In this document: piece after piece, positions 39,287-51,297 of the stretch
How the letters are laid out: the number at the start of each line of letters is the position of its first letter
How positions within the stretch are numbered: the first letter of the stretch is position 1
From: Octopus bimaculoides
Lineage: Eukaryota
Length of the DNA: 63,787 nucleotides
Assembly: GCF_001194135.2 (NCBI RefSeq)
Contig: NC_069005.1
Span: forward strand, 19,657,321-19,721,107
Direction of reading: 5' to 3'
The notes under the pieces: generated by a model
Seen by the model: only the letters and a program-made list of their open reading frames with translations
Told to the model about the DNA's origin: nothing
The model's database searches: none
Made by a program: the position numbers and the translations under genes

Positions 39287-39703
39287 GTACGTCAGTGCGT
39301 TTGTGCTTCACTCTTTTAAGACGTCCTTGTTTAGATGTTTATTGCACGTAGTCTCTCCTTAGCTTGGCATGCCTTACTTGTGTCTATTAACAGTTTTATT
39401 CCCCCTCCTACTACTCTTCCACCACTACAAACATCTACAACAAGCTACTACTACTACTACTACTACATTTCTCTAATCCTTCATCACCAAACTGCCGCCA
39501 GAATATTTTCTAGAGAATAAAATAGATCTTCGAAAGTCACAAATAGAATCCAATGACTACCCCCCCTCCTCATCACCACTGTTGCTTTAGATTACTGTTC
39601 TTGGTTTGTACGTACATACATACGTGTGTTTGTGTGTTGAATTGGTGACAATTTGGGGTATACTAGCTCTGACTGGTTGCACTCAATCTGAATGTAGCTG
39701 TGT

Positions 39704-39758
<55 letters not shown>

Positions 39759-40019
39759 AACTCAAACATATGTACGCCAACACACACATAGTTACATATT
39801 ATTATCTGACTCTAAATCAGCAAACTCAGTTATTTTTGGACTCCTGTTCAGCAAGGAATTGCTTGGAAGTTAAGAAAACTTGCTAATTGTCTCAGCTAAA
39901 CTTTGCAACCGTCCTGTCTTTGTGTGTGTTCACCTGCATGGTAGGTATTGACTGTTTATGTATATAATTTTTAAGCAACACTTAACAATAGAGTAGTAGT
40001 TGTGTAGTCGCAATAGCAG

Positions 40020-40061
<42 letters not shown>

Positions 40062-40064
40062 TCT

Positions 40065-40580
40065 TTCTGTTCTAGGCACAAAACCTGAAATTTTGGGGAA
40101 GGGGATAAGTCGATTACATTGACTCTAATGCATAACTGGTACTTATTACATTGACCCTATGAGGATGAAAGGCAAAGTTGACCTCAGCAGAATTTGTAAT
40201 CAGAACATTAAGACAGATTAAATACCACTAAGCATTTTGTCCAGCATGGTAACAATTCTGCCTATAATTTTTTCAGCTATAGGCACAAAGCCTGAAATTT
40301 TAAGGGAGTGAGTCTAGTTGATTACATCGATCCTTTGCTCAACTAGTGCTTGGCTTTATCGACCTCGAAAGATGAAAGGCAAAGTTGGACCTTGGCAGAA
40401 TTTGAACTCAGAATACAAAAATGGATGAAATACTGCTAAGCATTTTGTCTGGCTCTGTCAGCTTGCCATCTTAATAATGATAATGATTACAAGTTTTTGA
40501 TTAGATTACCCCAGTACATGACTGGTACTTATTTTATTGACCCCCAAAATGATGAAGGCAAAGTCGACCTTTGCAGAATA
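40065..40580 (-). mobile_element. three tandem SINE B copies between (AAT)n tracts
   Basis: Copies at 40065-40265, 40270-40460 and 40490-40580; CpGs decayed. Confidence 0.8.
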
Positions 40581-40689
40581 ATAATAATAATAATAATACA
40601 CTACTACTTTCCTACCTTTTGCTTCATGCTCCAAACTATGGAACAAAATTTAAGACATAATTTGTGAACGGTACAATATTTGTTATTCA

Positions 40690-40815
40690 TAAGAATGCTG
40701 GACGGGACATGCCACAAAGTTCAAAGACAACAGATGGACTTGTGCAGTTGCAGAGTGGTATGCAAGGGATTGGAAAAGGCCCCTTGGAAGGGGCTTATGA
40801 TGATGGGATGATGAT
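40690..40815 (+). pseudogene. RTE-1 LINE extreme C-terminal fragment
   Basis: Reading through a frameshift: WTGHATKFKDNRWTCAVAEWYARDWKRPLG, followed by a GAT-rich tail. Confidence 0.6.
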
Positions 40816-40849
40816 TTCGATGATTTAGACCAGGATGAAGAATTGGAAG

Positions 40850-41640
40850 CAGATTGACCAGCGATGTACAGCAATGTCTGATAGCCTGGCTGATAAGGAT
40901 GATACTGTTTGAAAGACTGATAAATATTAAGGTTATTTCCTGTGTGTCCTTAGCTCCTGTACATCTTCAGCTTTCAAGCTCTACTTTCTCCGTTAACCTT
41001 CCTGTGATTCTACTGCACCTCTTCTGTGTACATATCTCTTGCACTGGGTTACACCACATGGAATTCCTGCCTACACCTTTCCTATATATGAAGCTGGGTC
41101 ATTTACCTGTGAGTTGTGGGTCCTATCTGTTTTCCTGCTTACTAAAGACTTTGGTCTTTGCTAAGTTAACTTCAAGGCCTTTTGATTCCAGATTTTGCTC
41201 CCATACCTGGAATTTCTTTTCTAATTCTATTACTGATTCTACTATGAGAATAAGGTCACCAGCATATAGTAATGCCCCAGGGCAACCAGTCATCAGCCCT
41301 AGGACAACCAGTCTTAAATTCCTCTGTTATGGTTTGGAGAACAATGATGAATAGGAGGGAACTGAGGACCAATTCCTGCTGAACTTCTACCTCTACTCTA
41401 AATTCATTGCTATGACTAAATCTTACCCTACTGAGACCACCTTTGTACATTGCTCGTATGACTTTCACAAACCATTTGTCTGCCCCTGGCTTCCTCAGTG
41501 ATCATCAGATCACAGAATTTGGACCTACCAAAAGCTTTCTCATGGTCAACAAATGCCAAGTACAATGGCTTAGTTTTAGCTAAATACTTCTCCTGCTGTT
41601 GTCTTACTAAGATGGCATATCAGTAGTATTGCTCTCTAGC
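40850..41640 (-). pseudogene. RTE-clade LINE reverse transcriptase fragment
   Basis: LYLAFVDHEKAF, VIRAMY, LVLSSLLFIIVL, LYAGDLILI, KGLEVNLAKTKV. Confidence 0.85.
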
Positions 41641-42006
41641 ACAAAACCATATTGCATCTTATCTGTCTAATTCTGTTCCTAATTAGTTGGGTTGTAACTC
41701 CATAATTTTAATGGCCTGGTCCAGCAATTTGATACTTCAGTAAACTGCTTCTGAGTAAGGCATCTTTTTCACTCTTGTAACATCTGATGATAATACTGTT
41801 ACACCTGTCATTTTAAATTAAGCATGGTATATATATTCTTTGATTTATTTAGTCTTTTACTGGTTATTGGATTGTGGCACTGCCTTCAAGGGTGCATCAG
41901 CCCCTTTTATTATCTCAATGTTTGGTACTTATTTTATCAATGTGTATTTGTTGTACTGCTCTGTTGTGGTTCATCAACAACATTACTGGTTTTGAGCTGC
42001 ATAAAC

Positions 42007-42120
<114 letters not shown>

Positions 42121-42159
42121 AAGATCATTGTTTTAACATCCACTTTCCAATGCTCATGT

Positions 42160-42810
42160 GGATTGGTCAGAATATGAAGGAGTCCAGAACCCTTGATACA
42201 GTCTCCTTCATCTTCAGAACGACTGCCTCTGAGGTTTTCCCTCAGTTTGGGGAACAACAAAAAGTCACAGGGAGCAAGGGCTTCATTGTAGAGAGGATGA
42301 GGGACAATTATGATGTCCATCTCTGTCAAGTAGTTAGTTACCAGGATGATCATCATCACTTGGGATCAAACTTTGCACACATCTTGAATAATTCATGAAT
42401 AATTCTGTGTACAGTTGCCACACCGACTCCAAACTGTATGTTTTATTGTCTTTGTAGATACATGATCATCTTCATCCAAGAAATTACAAATTTTCTCAAT
42501 CAGCTCTAATGTTCTGATGTTCCTCTCCCTCCCACACATCTCATTGTCTTTTACCCCCTCTCTACTATCCTCAAACCTCTTGTACCAGCAAAGAAAATTC
42601 ACAGTTTGGTGCATTTCATAAGTTTCTGTAGTGTTTTTGCTCCAACTTTATTGCATAGTGAGTTTCCAGATGTCTCTGCTTCGTTTTCCGAAATAGTCCG
42701 CTATGACCAGCAATGTTTAGTAGGACATGTTCAAAGTGCTGTTACAACCATCTCCTTAGTCTGGAATAAAAAAAAAAGTTAGAAAGTCAGCTTTTTATAT
42801 GTATAGTAAT
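42160..42810 (-). pseudogene. mariner transposon, internally deleted
   Basis: WYKRFEDSREGVKDNE..GR..IEKI..FLDED (HTH region) joined to VPHPLYNEALAPCDFLLFPKLRENLRG (YSPDLAP region). Confidence 0.8.
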
Positions 42811-44268
42811 GCTATAACTAAATTTTCAGTTAACAAGGACAGATCTGATTGCCTCTCCTTAAAAAAAAAAAAGCCTCAAAACTTCAGGAATGCATCTCAT
42901 AATACAACATATTAAGATTTGTTAAAACATTACCAACATAGCCATACAATGACAGAATAATTTTGGTTTCAAATTTTAGTGCAAGGCCAGCAATTTTGGG
43001 GGAAGTTTTAAGTTGATTAAATCAACCCCAATGTTTTGCTGGTACTTATTTTATTGATCCTGTAAAGATGAAAGGCAAAGTCAACCCTGGTGGCTTTTAA
43101 ACCCAAAATGTAAAGATGGACAAAATACCTCTAAGCATTTTGCCCAGCATGCTGACAGTTCTGCCAGTCTGCTGCCTTCTGCATTGAATATTATTGACAA
43201 TTTGTGTCTTTGATTTCATTTCATTGTTAAAATGGTTTACTTCTTGACATAAAGTGAAAAATAATAGAAAACAACTCTCAGGGTTGAAAGAAGCAACAAA
43301 TGTATAACAAGGAATTTAGTTCTCTGAAATGTTGCCTCTCCTAAGACCACATATTTTTCAATGCTACTTTTATGAAGAATCAAATGTTTGATAAAATATA
43401 CAACAAACAAAATTATATATTTCATGGTTCTCTATAAACTACCTTAAAATTTTGCAAAATGACTGCTAATGCTAGTAATAATGATGAAAATGAGACCAAA
43501 AATGTTAGGATAGTTGTGGTGGAGAAGGTTTTCATTAAATAATATAAAAAGAGGTAACAATGAAAATACAAACATGGAAGGGCCATTCCACAAACGCAAT
43601 GGATCCAGTATTATCTTCACCACTAAGGGCAAGTGTTCTCTCCCAATGGCCATTCTCCAGCTTAAAGGTGCATTCCGGTCATTTCTGCCACTTTCATCTG
43701 CCTTTCACTGGAGGGGTGTTGAAGTGGAACCTGAAAATATCAGTGAATCCATGGCCGAAGAAGAAATAATGCCTTCAGGCCTTTCGGTTTTGTTCACTAT
43801 TCAATCTCTTTTATCATAGCTGTGAAGTGGTTGGTCTTAAGTTGTTAAGTGCTGTATCCAGTTGTAGAAACTGTGCCAAAGCAGACAATGGATCATGATG
43901 CAGTCCATGGGTTCATCAGATCCTGTTGGATTTATGCAACCCATGTCAACATGGAATGTATGTTAAATGATGATGAGGATATATATAGCTAGATAGATAG
44001 GTAGATATAGATATATATAGGTAGATGGACGGATAGATAGATATAGATATATTTAGACAGATGGACAGATAGAGAGATTGATAGATAGATGTTTTTTTAT
44101 TCTTTTACTTGTTTCAGACATTTGACTGACCATGCTGGAGTACCACCTTAAAGGGGTTTTTTTTAGTTGAAGAAATTCTTTGTAAGCCTAGTACTTATTC
44201 TGCTAAGTTACAGGGATGTAAGCACACAAACATTGGTTGTCAAGCAATGGTGGGGAGACAGACACAAA

Positions 44269-44358
<90 letters not shown>

Positions 44359-44490
44359 CACACACATTAAAATAAGAGCAGGAAGATTACATCAAAAAAT
44401 CATCACAGAAGTTATACATCCAAAATACTATTGTATTAATAGATAAATATGTAAGTATATAAAGTATGATAATTTAAAAAGTTTTAAAGA

Positions 44491-44578
44491 TCTTATGATC
44501 ATTTCATGAATGTTTTACTCTTTGAAATGAAATCTAAAATCGGTAATCATTATTAGTAATACATCCACTCATCAGAAA
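44491..44578 (-). ncRNA. second hammerhead motif (degenerate) in the opposite arm
   Basis: Minus strand TTT-CTGATGA, 12/13-bp stem II, GAAA-T-GATC-ATA-AGA. Confidence 0.55.
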
Positions 44579-44732
44579 GGTGGTGAATTTCCGTGTAGTC
44601 AATCGAATACTTTTCCAAAATTTTCAGCACAAAATTGTACCAACACACATCTATGCTAGTAACTTTTTAAGCAACATCTTTTTCATATTTTAAATAGCAT
44701 TCAATTCACTACATGGAAAGTCACCCTCTTTC

Positions 44733-44821
44733 CCTCTGACGAGTGGATGTATTACCTAATAATGATTATCAATTTTAGATTTCATTTCGAAGGGTAATAC
44801 ATTCATGAAACAATCGTAAAA
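44733..44821 (+). ncRNA. type I minimal hammerhead ribozyme motif (Penelope-type)
   Basis: CTGACGA (44736-44742); 14-bp stem II GTGGATGTATTACC / GGTAATACATTCAT; GAAA (44807-44810); C-AATC-GTA; predicted cleavage after 44818; stem I weak in this copy. Confidence 0.65.
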
Positions 44822-45060
44822 TATTTAAAACTTTTTAAATAATCATACTTTATATATCTATACATCTATCTATTAATACAATATTATTTTGGATGTATAC
44901 CTTCTGTGATGATTTTTTGATGTAATTTTCCTGCTCTTATTTTATAATATATAACCATGCTTATTAAATGTATAAATACCTTTCATGTTTTAGACATTTC
45001 CCTACCAAGAGCACTTATTAGAAATTCAGTATATTGTATTCTCATTGAATCTATTTGATT

Positions 45061-45115
<55 letters not shown>

Positions 45116-45252
45116 TGATGGGCATTTTTCAGTTTCCATCTACCAAATCACAAGGCTTTGGTTGGACTGAGGCTAGAATAGAACAGACTTGCCCAAGGTG
45201 TGATGCAGTGGGACTGAACCCAGAACCATGTGTTTTGGAAGTAAGCTTCTTA

Positions 45253-45488
45253 TTTCTTTACTGCCCACAAGGGGCTAAACACAGAGGGGACAAACAAGGA
45301 CAGACAAACGGATTAAGTCGATTATATCAACCCCACTGCATAACTGGTACTTATATAATCGACCTTGAAAGGATGAAAGGCAAAGTCAACCTTGGCGAAA
45401 TTTGAACTCAGAACATAGCGGCAGATGAAATACCGCTAAGCATTTCGCCCGGCGTGCTAACGTTTCCGCCAGCTTGCTGCCCTTGTAA
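45253..45488 (-). mobile_element. young SINE B variant (B2, alternative 3' end) inserted in a SINE A head, 15-bp TSD
   Basis: TSD GAAGTAAGCTTCTTA at 45238-45252 and 45489-45503; a close relative lies at 47950-48180(-). Confidence 0.85.
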
Positions 45489-45670
45489 GAAGTAAGCTTC
45501 TTACCACACACTCATGCCTGTGGTAGGTATATTTAGATAGATGGACAGGTAGATAAATAAAGAGTGGTAGACTATAGCAAAAGAAGTCTTGTGGTGGTCG
45601 AGACAGAAAAGACTGCAGACAGGCATTTCCCTCTTTAAGGGGAATATAGATGAAGAATGAAAATGAATTG

Positions 45671-45747
<77 letters not shown>

Positions 45748-46349
45748 GATAATAACAGATTGAAGAGAAACTGGGCTAGTGATTAAGAGAAATAGACTGA
45801 GGGATATTATAGTGATGAAGACAGACAGTAGTAATAAATTAATGACTTTTGCATAATTAGTTTTAATTTCACTCATCCGGTTTTCATGGCAGTGTAGAAT
45901 TTCTGTAAATAGATCATTTCCCAATAAAATCCTAGTTTGTAAGACTCTGAACGTCCTCGTTAGAGATGAACATTTAAAAAAATATTTATAGCTAGAGCAT
46001 ATTTTAAACAGTTTGATCTCTGATAGTCAGCTGGTTTCTTATTCCATGGATGCGTAAACTGTACCAGACAGGATTAATGTGCTTATCTTTTTGGCGACTG
46101 ATGCATCCAGGAATAAGGCACTTGATCACTCTTTGAGATCAAACCAATTGAAATGTTTATATTTTAAGCCCTTCACACCCAATGGAGCATAGGCAACTTT
46201 TCTCCACTGTTCTCAACTCTGGGATGTAAGACCTTCCTCTCTCAAGACTTGTTGGTTTTGAATTGTCATCGATGCTTCTGTAACTTTGCATTTTCCTAGG
46301 TAGAGGTGTTGGTCCTATACAAACCCATTTTTACATCTATATGGTGGTT

Positions 46350-46680
46350 CATCATCATCATCATCATCGTTTAACGTCCGCTTTCCATGCTAGCATGAGT
46401 TGGACGATTTGGCAGAAGGCTGCATCAGACTCCAATCTGATCTGGCACAGTTTCTACAGCTGACCACTCCAAGAGTGTAGTGGGTGCTTTTACGTGCCAC
46501 CGGCACGAGGGCCAGTAACAAAGGACTGGCAACAGGAGCCAGTCCAGCAGCACTGGCAATGACCTCACTCGAATGATTTTCTAACGTGCCACTAGCACAA
46601 GTGCTAGAAGGCAACGCTGGTAACAATTACGCTCTAATGGTGCTATTTACAGCCACTAGCACGGAAACTAGTCATTTGAC
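46350..46680 (-). mobile_element. RTE-type 3' region with repeated GTGCCACYRGCAC stem-loop units
   Basis: (CAT)n-CGTTTAACGTCCGCTTTCCATG start; GTGCCACCGGCAC-like units at about 46495, 46587 and 46650. Confidence 0.65.
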
Positions 46681-46758
46681 CTGTTCAGCATAAGTGGCCT
46701 CTACTGGGTGCTTTTATTGTTTGATCAATGAAGGTTGATCATGGCTTTGTGGTTAGAG

Positions 46759-47481
46759 ACTGACAGACCACATAGAGGGTTCCTTTAGAGTCATCAATAA
46801 AATTTACACCAGTGTCTATTTCAACAACACATGTGTCCAATATTGACACAGAGGTAACTTTACCAAAATACACCAATATCTTTTTCAACAGATTTCAGTA
46901 TTAGGTTGACCTGGAGCAAATAACAGAAACATTACTCTTTCAGTGGATGCAAATGATTGGGTAAGTGATGTGACTTGAAACTCTGTTGAAACAGATGTTG
47001 CTGTATTTTGGTAAAGTTACTTCTTTGTCAATATTGAACACATCATCATCATCATCATCATTTAACGTCTGCTTTCCATGCTGACATAGGTTGGATGGTT
47101 TGACTGAGAACTGGTAAGCCAGGGAGCTGCATCACGTGCCAATTTGATCTGGCAAGGTTTCTATGGCTGGATGCCATTGCTAACACCTCCAACCACTCTA
47201 AGAGTGTAGTGGGTGCTTTTTTACATGTCACCGACAAGGGTGTAATTGACATGACACCAGCGTTGGCCACAACAATGATCTTGTTTGGCTTGACAGGTCT
47301 ACACAAGCACGGTATATTGCCAAAGGTCTTGGTCACCTGTCACTGCCTCCGTGAGGCCCAGTGCTTGAACAGTGCTTTTTATGTGCCACCAGCACAGGTA
47401 CCAGTCGGACAACACTGAAAAAATAGACACTGGAGTAAATTTTGTTGACTTTAAAGGGAACCCTCTACATGGTCTGTCAGT
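46759..47481. mobile_element. long-TIR MITE (arms about 140 bp) whose right arm is split by an RTE 3'-end insertion (47044-47418)
   Basis: 46759-46895 is the reverse complement of 46977-47043 plus 47420-47481. Confidence 0.8.
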
Positions 47482-47714
47482 TTGCTAGAAATAACAGCTA
47501 ATTCACTGTTAGGAGCTACTGTTATGCAAAGTCACTATTCTTGAAATGAAGTTGAGATAGTCATGGTTGAAATATTTTTAAGCATAGGTCTGTTTGATCA
47601 ACACTTACTTGATACCAAACAATTTATTTACCCACCTAAATCCACCCACTCACTCACCTATTTACCCAATTCTATTCTCTTCTTGTCTATCTTACACACA
47701 CACACGCATTTAAT

Positions 47715-47940
47715 ATTCATCATTTAAGTGCCCACTTTCTCAGGTTTGCATTGGGTCAGACAGTTTATTGAAACCGATTTTCTTTGGCTTGCTGTCCTTC
47801 TTGTCATTTAGCCCTTATCTGTTTCCAAGCAAGCTAATATTTCCCTCTGGCCAGACATATTTTCACAGAGTATCAGAAATGAATGACATTCATTTACAAC
47901 AATCACGTGCTGCCAAGACGATGAGACACAAACATACATA
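47715..47940 (-). mobile_element. SINE-like repeat with RTE-type tail (family H); second copy at 52125-52345
   Basis: Shared CCCTTAYCTGTTT..AAGCAAG.TAATATTTCCC..TGGCCAGACAT...GGAAATGAATGAC-like segment. Confidence 0.55.
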
Positions 47941-48353
47941 CATTATGTTATTTCTTTACTACCCACAAGAGGCTACACACAGAGAGGACAAACAAGGACA
48001 GACAAACGGATTAAGTCGATTATACCGACCCCAGTGTGTAACTGGTACTTATTTGATCGACCCCGAAAGGATGAAAGGCAAAGTCGACCTCGCTGGAATT
48101 TGAACTCAGAACGTAGCGGCAGACGAAATACCGCTAAGCATTTCGCCCGGCGTGCTAACGTTTCTGCCAGTTCGCCGCCTATGTGTGTGCATATACGCAC
48201 GCACGCATGCACGCGAAGGGCTTCTTTCAGTTTCTGTCTGCCAAATCCACACACAAAGCTTTTGGTCAACCTAGGGCTTTAGCAGCAGACACATTGGTCA
48301 AAGTGCCATGCAGTGGAACTGAACATGAAAACATGCAGCTCTTGACACGCATG

Positions 48354-48390
<37 letters not shown>

Positions 48391-48709
48391 CTAGCAGTTT
48401 ATTAGTCATGACAATGAGTGTTCCTGTTGATCTGATCAATAGAACAGCCTGCTTGTGAAATTGATGTGCAAGTGGCTGAGTGCTCTACAGACATATGTAC
48501 CCTTAATTGTAGTTCTCAGGAAGATCCAGTGTAACAAGGTTGGCTCTTTGAAATACAGGTACTACTGATTTTTGCCAGCCAAGTGAAAAGGAAAATGTCT
48601 TGCTCAAGGACACAATGCACCACTGGCAATTGAACTCATAACCTTGCAACCACGAGATGAATACCCTAGCCACTATGTCATTCACTTTTGTTTGTGTGTG
48701 TGTGTGTTT

Positions 48710-49253
48710 GTGGTTATACTGTTGTAACCTAGTTGGCTTATAGGAATCTTTTGTGCATATAGATATAGTTACTAGTGATAACTAACTCGCTTATAAAGTA
48801 CATTGACACAATTTTTAAAAACATTTTTTCAAACTAAAAATATAATTCACAGCTCTCCAGCCAAAGACTTTTCTACTCCACTGCACTCAACAAGGTCACT
48901 AACTCCCCCCCTCCCCCCACATCAATTCCATTACCTTACCATCTCACTACAATAGACCATCTATGCATCTTGGCTGAGTAAAAATAGATATTGTTATTTT
49001 TATGTAAGAAGTTTGCTTTCCAACCATATAGTTCTGGGTTCAGTTCCACTGCTCGGCACCTTGGGCGAGTATCTTCTACTATATCATGGCACCTTGGGCG
49101 AATATCTTGTACTATAGCCTTGGGCTGACCAAAGCCATGTGAGTGGATTTAGTAGATGGATACAGGTACTACCCTGTCAACAGTTAGTTATCACTAGCAA
49201 CTATATGCACAATAGATTCCTATAAGCCAACTAAGTTACAACAGTATAACCAC
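48710..49253. repeat. local inverted duplication (48710-48787 / 49182-49253)
   Basis: The arms are reverse complements with a few substitutions and one 6-bp indel. Confidence 0.85.
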
Positions 49254-49625
49254 ACACACACACATTTGTGTGCACCCAGCTGTAGAAACTCTGCCAAATC
49301 AGATTGGAGCCTAGTGTAGCCATCTGGTTTCACCAGTCCTCAGTCAAATCGTCCAACCCATGCTAGCATGGAAAGCGGACGTTAAACGATGATGATGATG
49401 ATGTGTGTCTTTTTGTATCTGTGTTTGTCCCTTACCACTGTGTGACAACTGGCGTTGGTGTGTTTACATCTCTGTAACTTAGCAGTTCACCAAAGGAGGC
49501 TGTTAGAATAAGTGCCAGGCTTAAAAAAAGGAAGTACTGGGGTTGGTTCATTCAACTAAAAATTCTTCAAGGCAGTGCCCCAGGATGGCTACTGTCTAAC
49601 GACTGAAACAAATGAAAGATAAAAG
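49004..49625 (+). mobile_element. SINE A split at its microsatellite by the inverted segment and an RTE tail (49276-49402)
   Basis: 5' half 49004-49160 (with a 33-bp tandem duplication of the CORE-like motif), 3' half 49403-49625. Confidence 0.75.
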
Positions 49626-50068
49626 ATATTTAGGGGTGATGAAAGGCAGCGAGCTAGCAAAATCGTTAGGATGCTGGGCTAAATACTTGGCAGCATTTTA
49701 TCTATCTTTACATTCTGAGTTCAAATTCTACTGAGGTCACCTTTGCCTTTCATCTTTTAGGGATTGATAAAATAGGTACTGGTTACACACTGGGGTCAAT
49801 GTAATTGACTAGTCCCCTCTCCTAAAATTTCAGGCCTTGTGTCTATAGGGGAAAGGATATTTAGCAATGGTGGTGGCCGTCGTTTAGCCACAGGTCAGCC
49901 TGAATTGAGAAGACCTGTCTATGATCAAAGGTTTTCTAGCCATGACCATCCTATCTTTTCAGAAATAGTGTATTTCAGATGACATCATCCAATGAGTCCT
50001 TTGTTTCATATTAAGTTTTGCATCCATTTTCCATGTTTGCATGAAACACACACACACACATGCGCGCG

Positions 50069-50125
<57 letters not shown>

Positions 50126-51258
50126 GCTTTTGGTCAGTCCTGACTGTAGTAGAAGACACTTGCCCAAAGTGCCACACAGTGTGACTGAACCCAAAACCAC
50201 ATGGTTGCAAAGTGATCTTCTTAACCACACAGCCATGCCTGCACCTATATTCAAATACAATCAAGATGTCATTGTGAGTTGGGAAGGACTAATGATGATA
50301 ACATTGTTTTTGTTGTTTATTCCCAGATCACTTCTGATCCAGCAGAGCTAAATTATCTCCCCCTTTTTCTGCCTATCTTTTTCCTTTTCCATTCTCTTTG
50401 AAGCCTTTTCTCATTTTTATTCCACTTCACATGTTCTTTCTCTGTCATCATTCTCTGTCTGTTCTCTTATATTCTCTTTCTTTCATTCTCTTTATCTCTC
50501 ACTCTTCCTTTCAATCTCTCTCACTTTGGATCTTTCTTGCACTCTCTTTCTATTCCTCTTATTAGCTTTCTCTTTATTTCCCTCTTTTCTCTCCCACCAT
50601 TTCTCATCTTTTCACTGCCCAATTTTGTTTCATTTGTCTCGCTCTGTTGTTTTTGCTTTCCCTTACTCCCTAATACTTAGAAAGTTTGGACACCACCCAA
50701 GGAAAACAGCAACAACAATAGATGAATATTAATAAAAATAAAATACCTATATTTATCCTTTATATTATTTTTATGTCTATTTGTATTTTATTGCACTTTT
50801 CACAACATTTAGACAATACTTTTATGTCCTTACACTCTCTCTTTCAACCTGTAATAGAATAAATAAATTGAAAAGTATGGGAACTAAATGGTCTCATATT
50901 TAAGAGGTGAATAATAATTATAATAATAATGGTTTCAAATTTTGGCCCAAGGCCAGCAACTTTGGAGGAGGGAATAAGTTGATTACATCGGCCTCTGTGC
51001 TCAACTGGTGCTTATTTTATTGACCCAGAAACGATGAAAAGCAAAGTGAACCTGAGCAGAATTTGAACTCAGAATGTAGAGATGGACAAAATGCTACTTT
51101 GCATTATGTCCAGTATACTAATGATTCTGAATGATGATAATAATGATAATAATAATAAGAGCATCACAACAAACCACAGCACATACCCAAGGCACTCAGA
51201 GCTGCTCTCGGTATTGCAGTGAAAGCATATGATAAAAATAAGACTACTGAATAATAAT

Positions 51259-51297
<39 letters not shown>

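Larger units (their letters stand above)
44368..44944. repeat. 577-bp imperfect palindrome: two divergent pLTR-like units, arms about 245 bp, spacer about 80 bp
   Basis: TAAAATAAGAGCAGG... (44368) is the reverse complement of ...CCTGCTCTTATTTTA (44944); the arms align throughout. Confidence 0.9.

Noticed and set aside
46060-46130. CLIPGC motif suggesting a THAP domain (minus strand)
   Set aside because: The other THAP residues (F.FP, W, C..HF) are absent.
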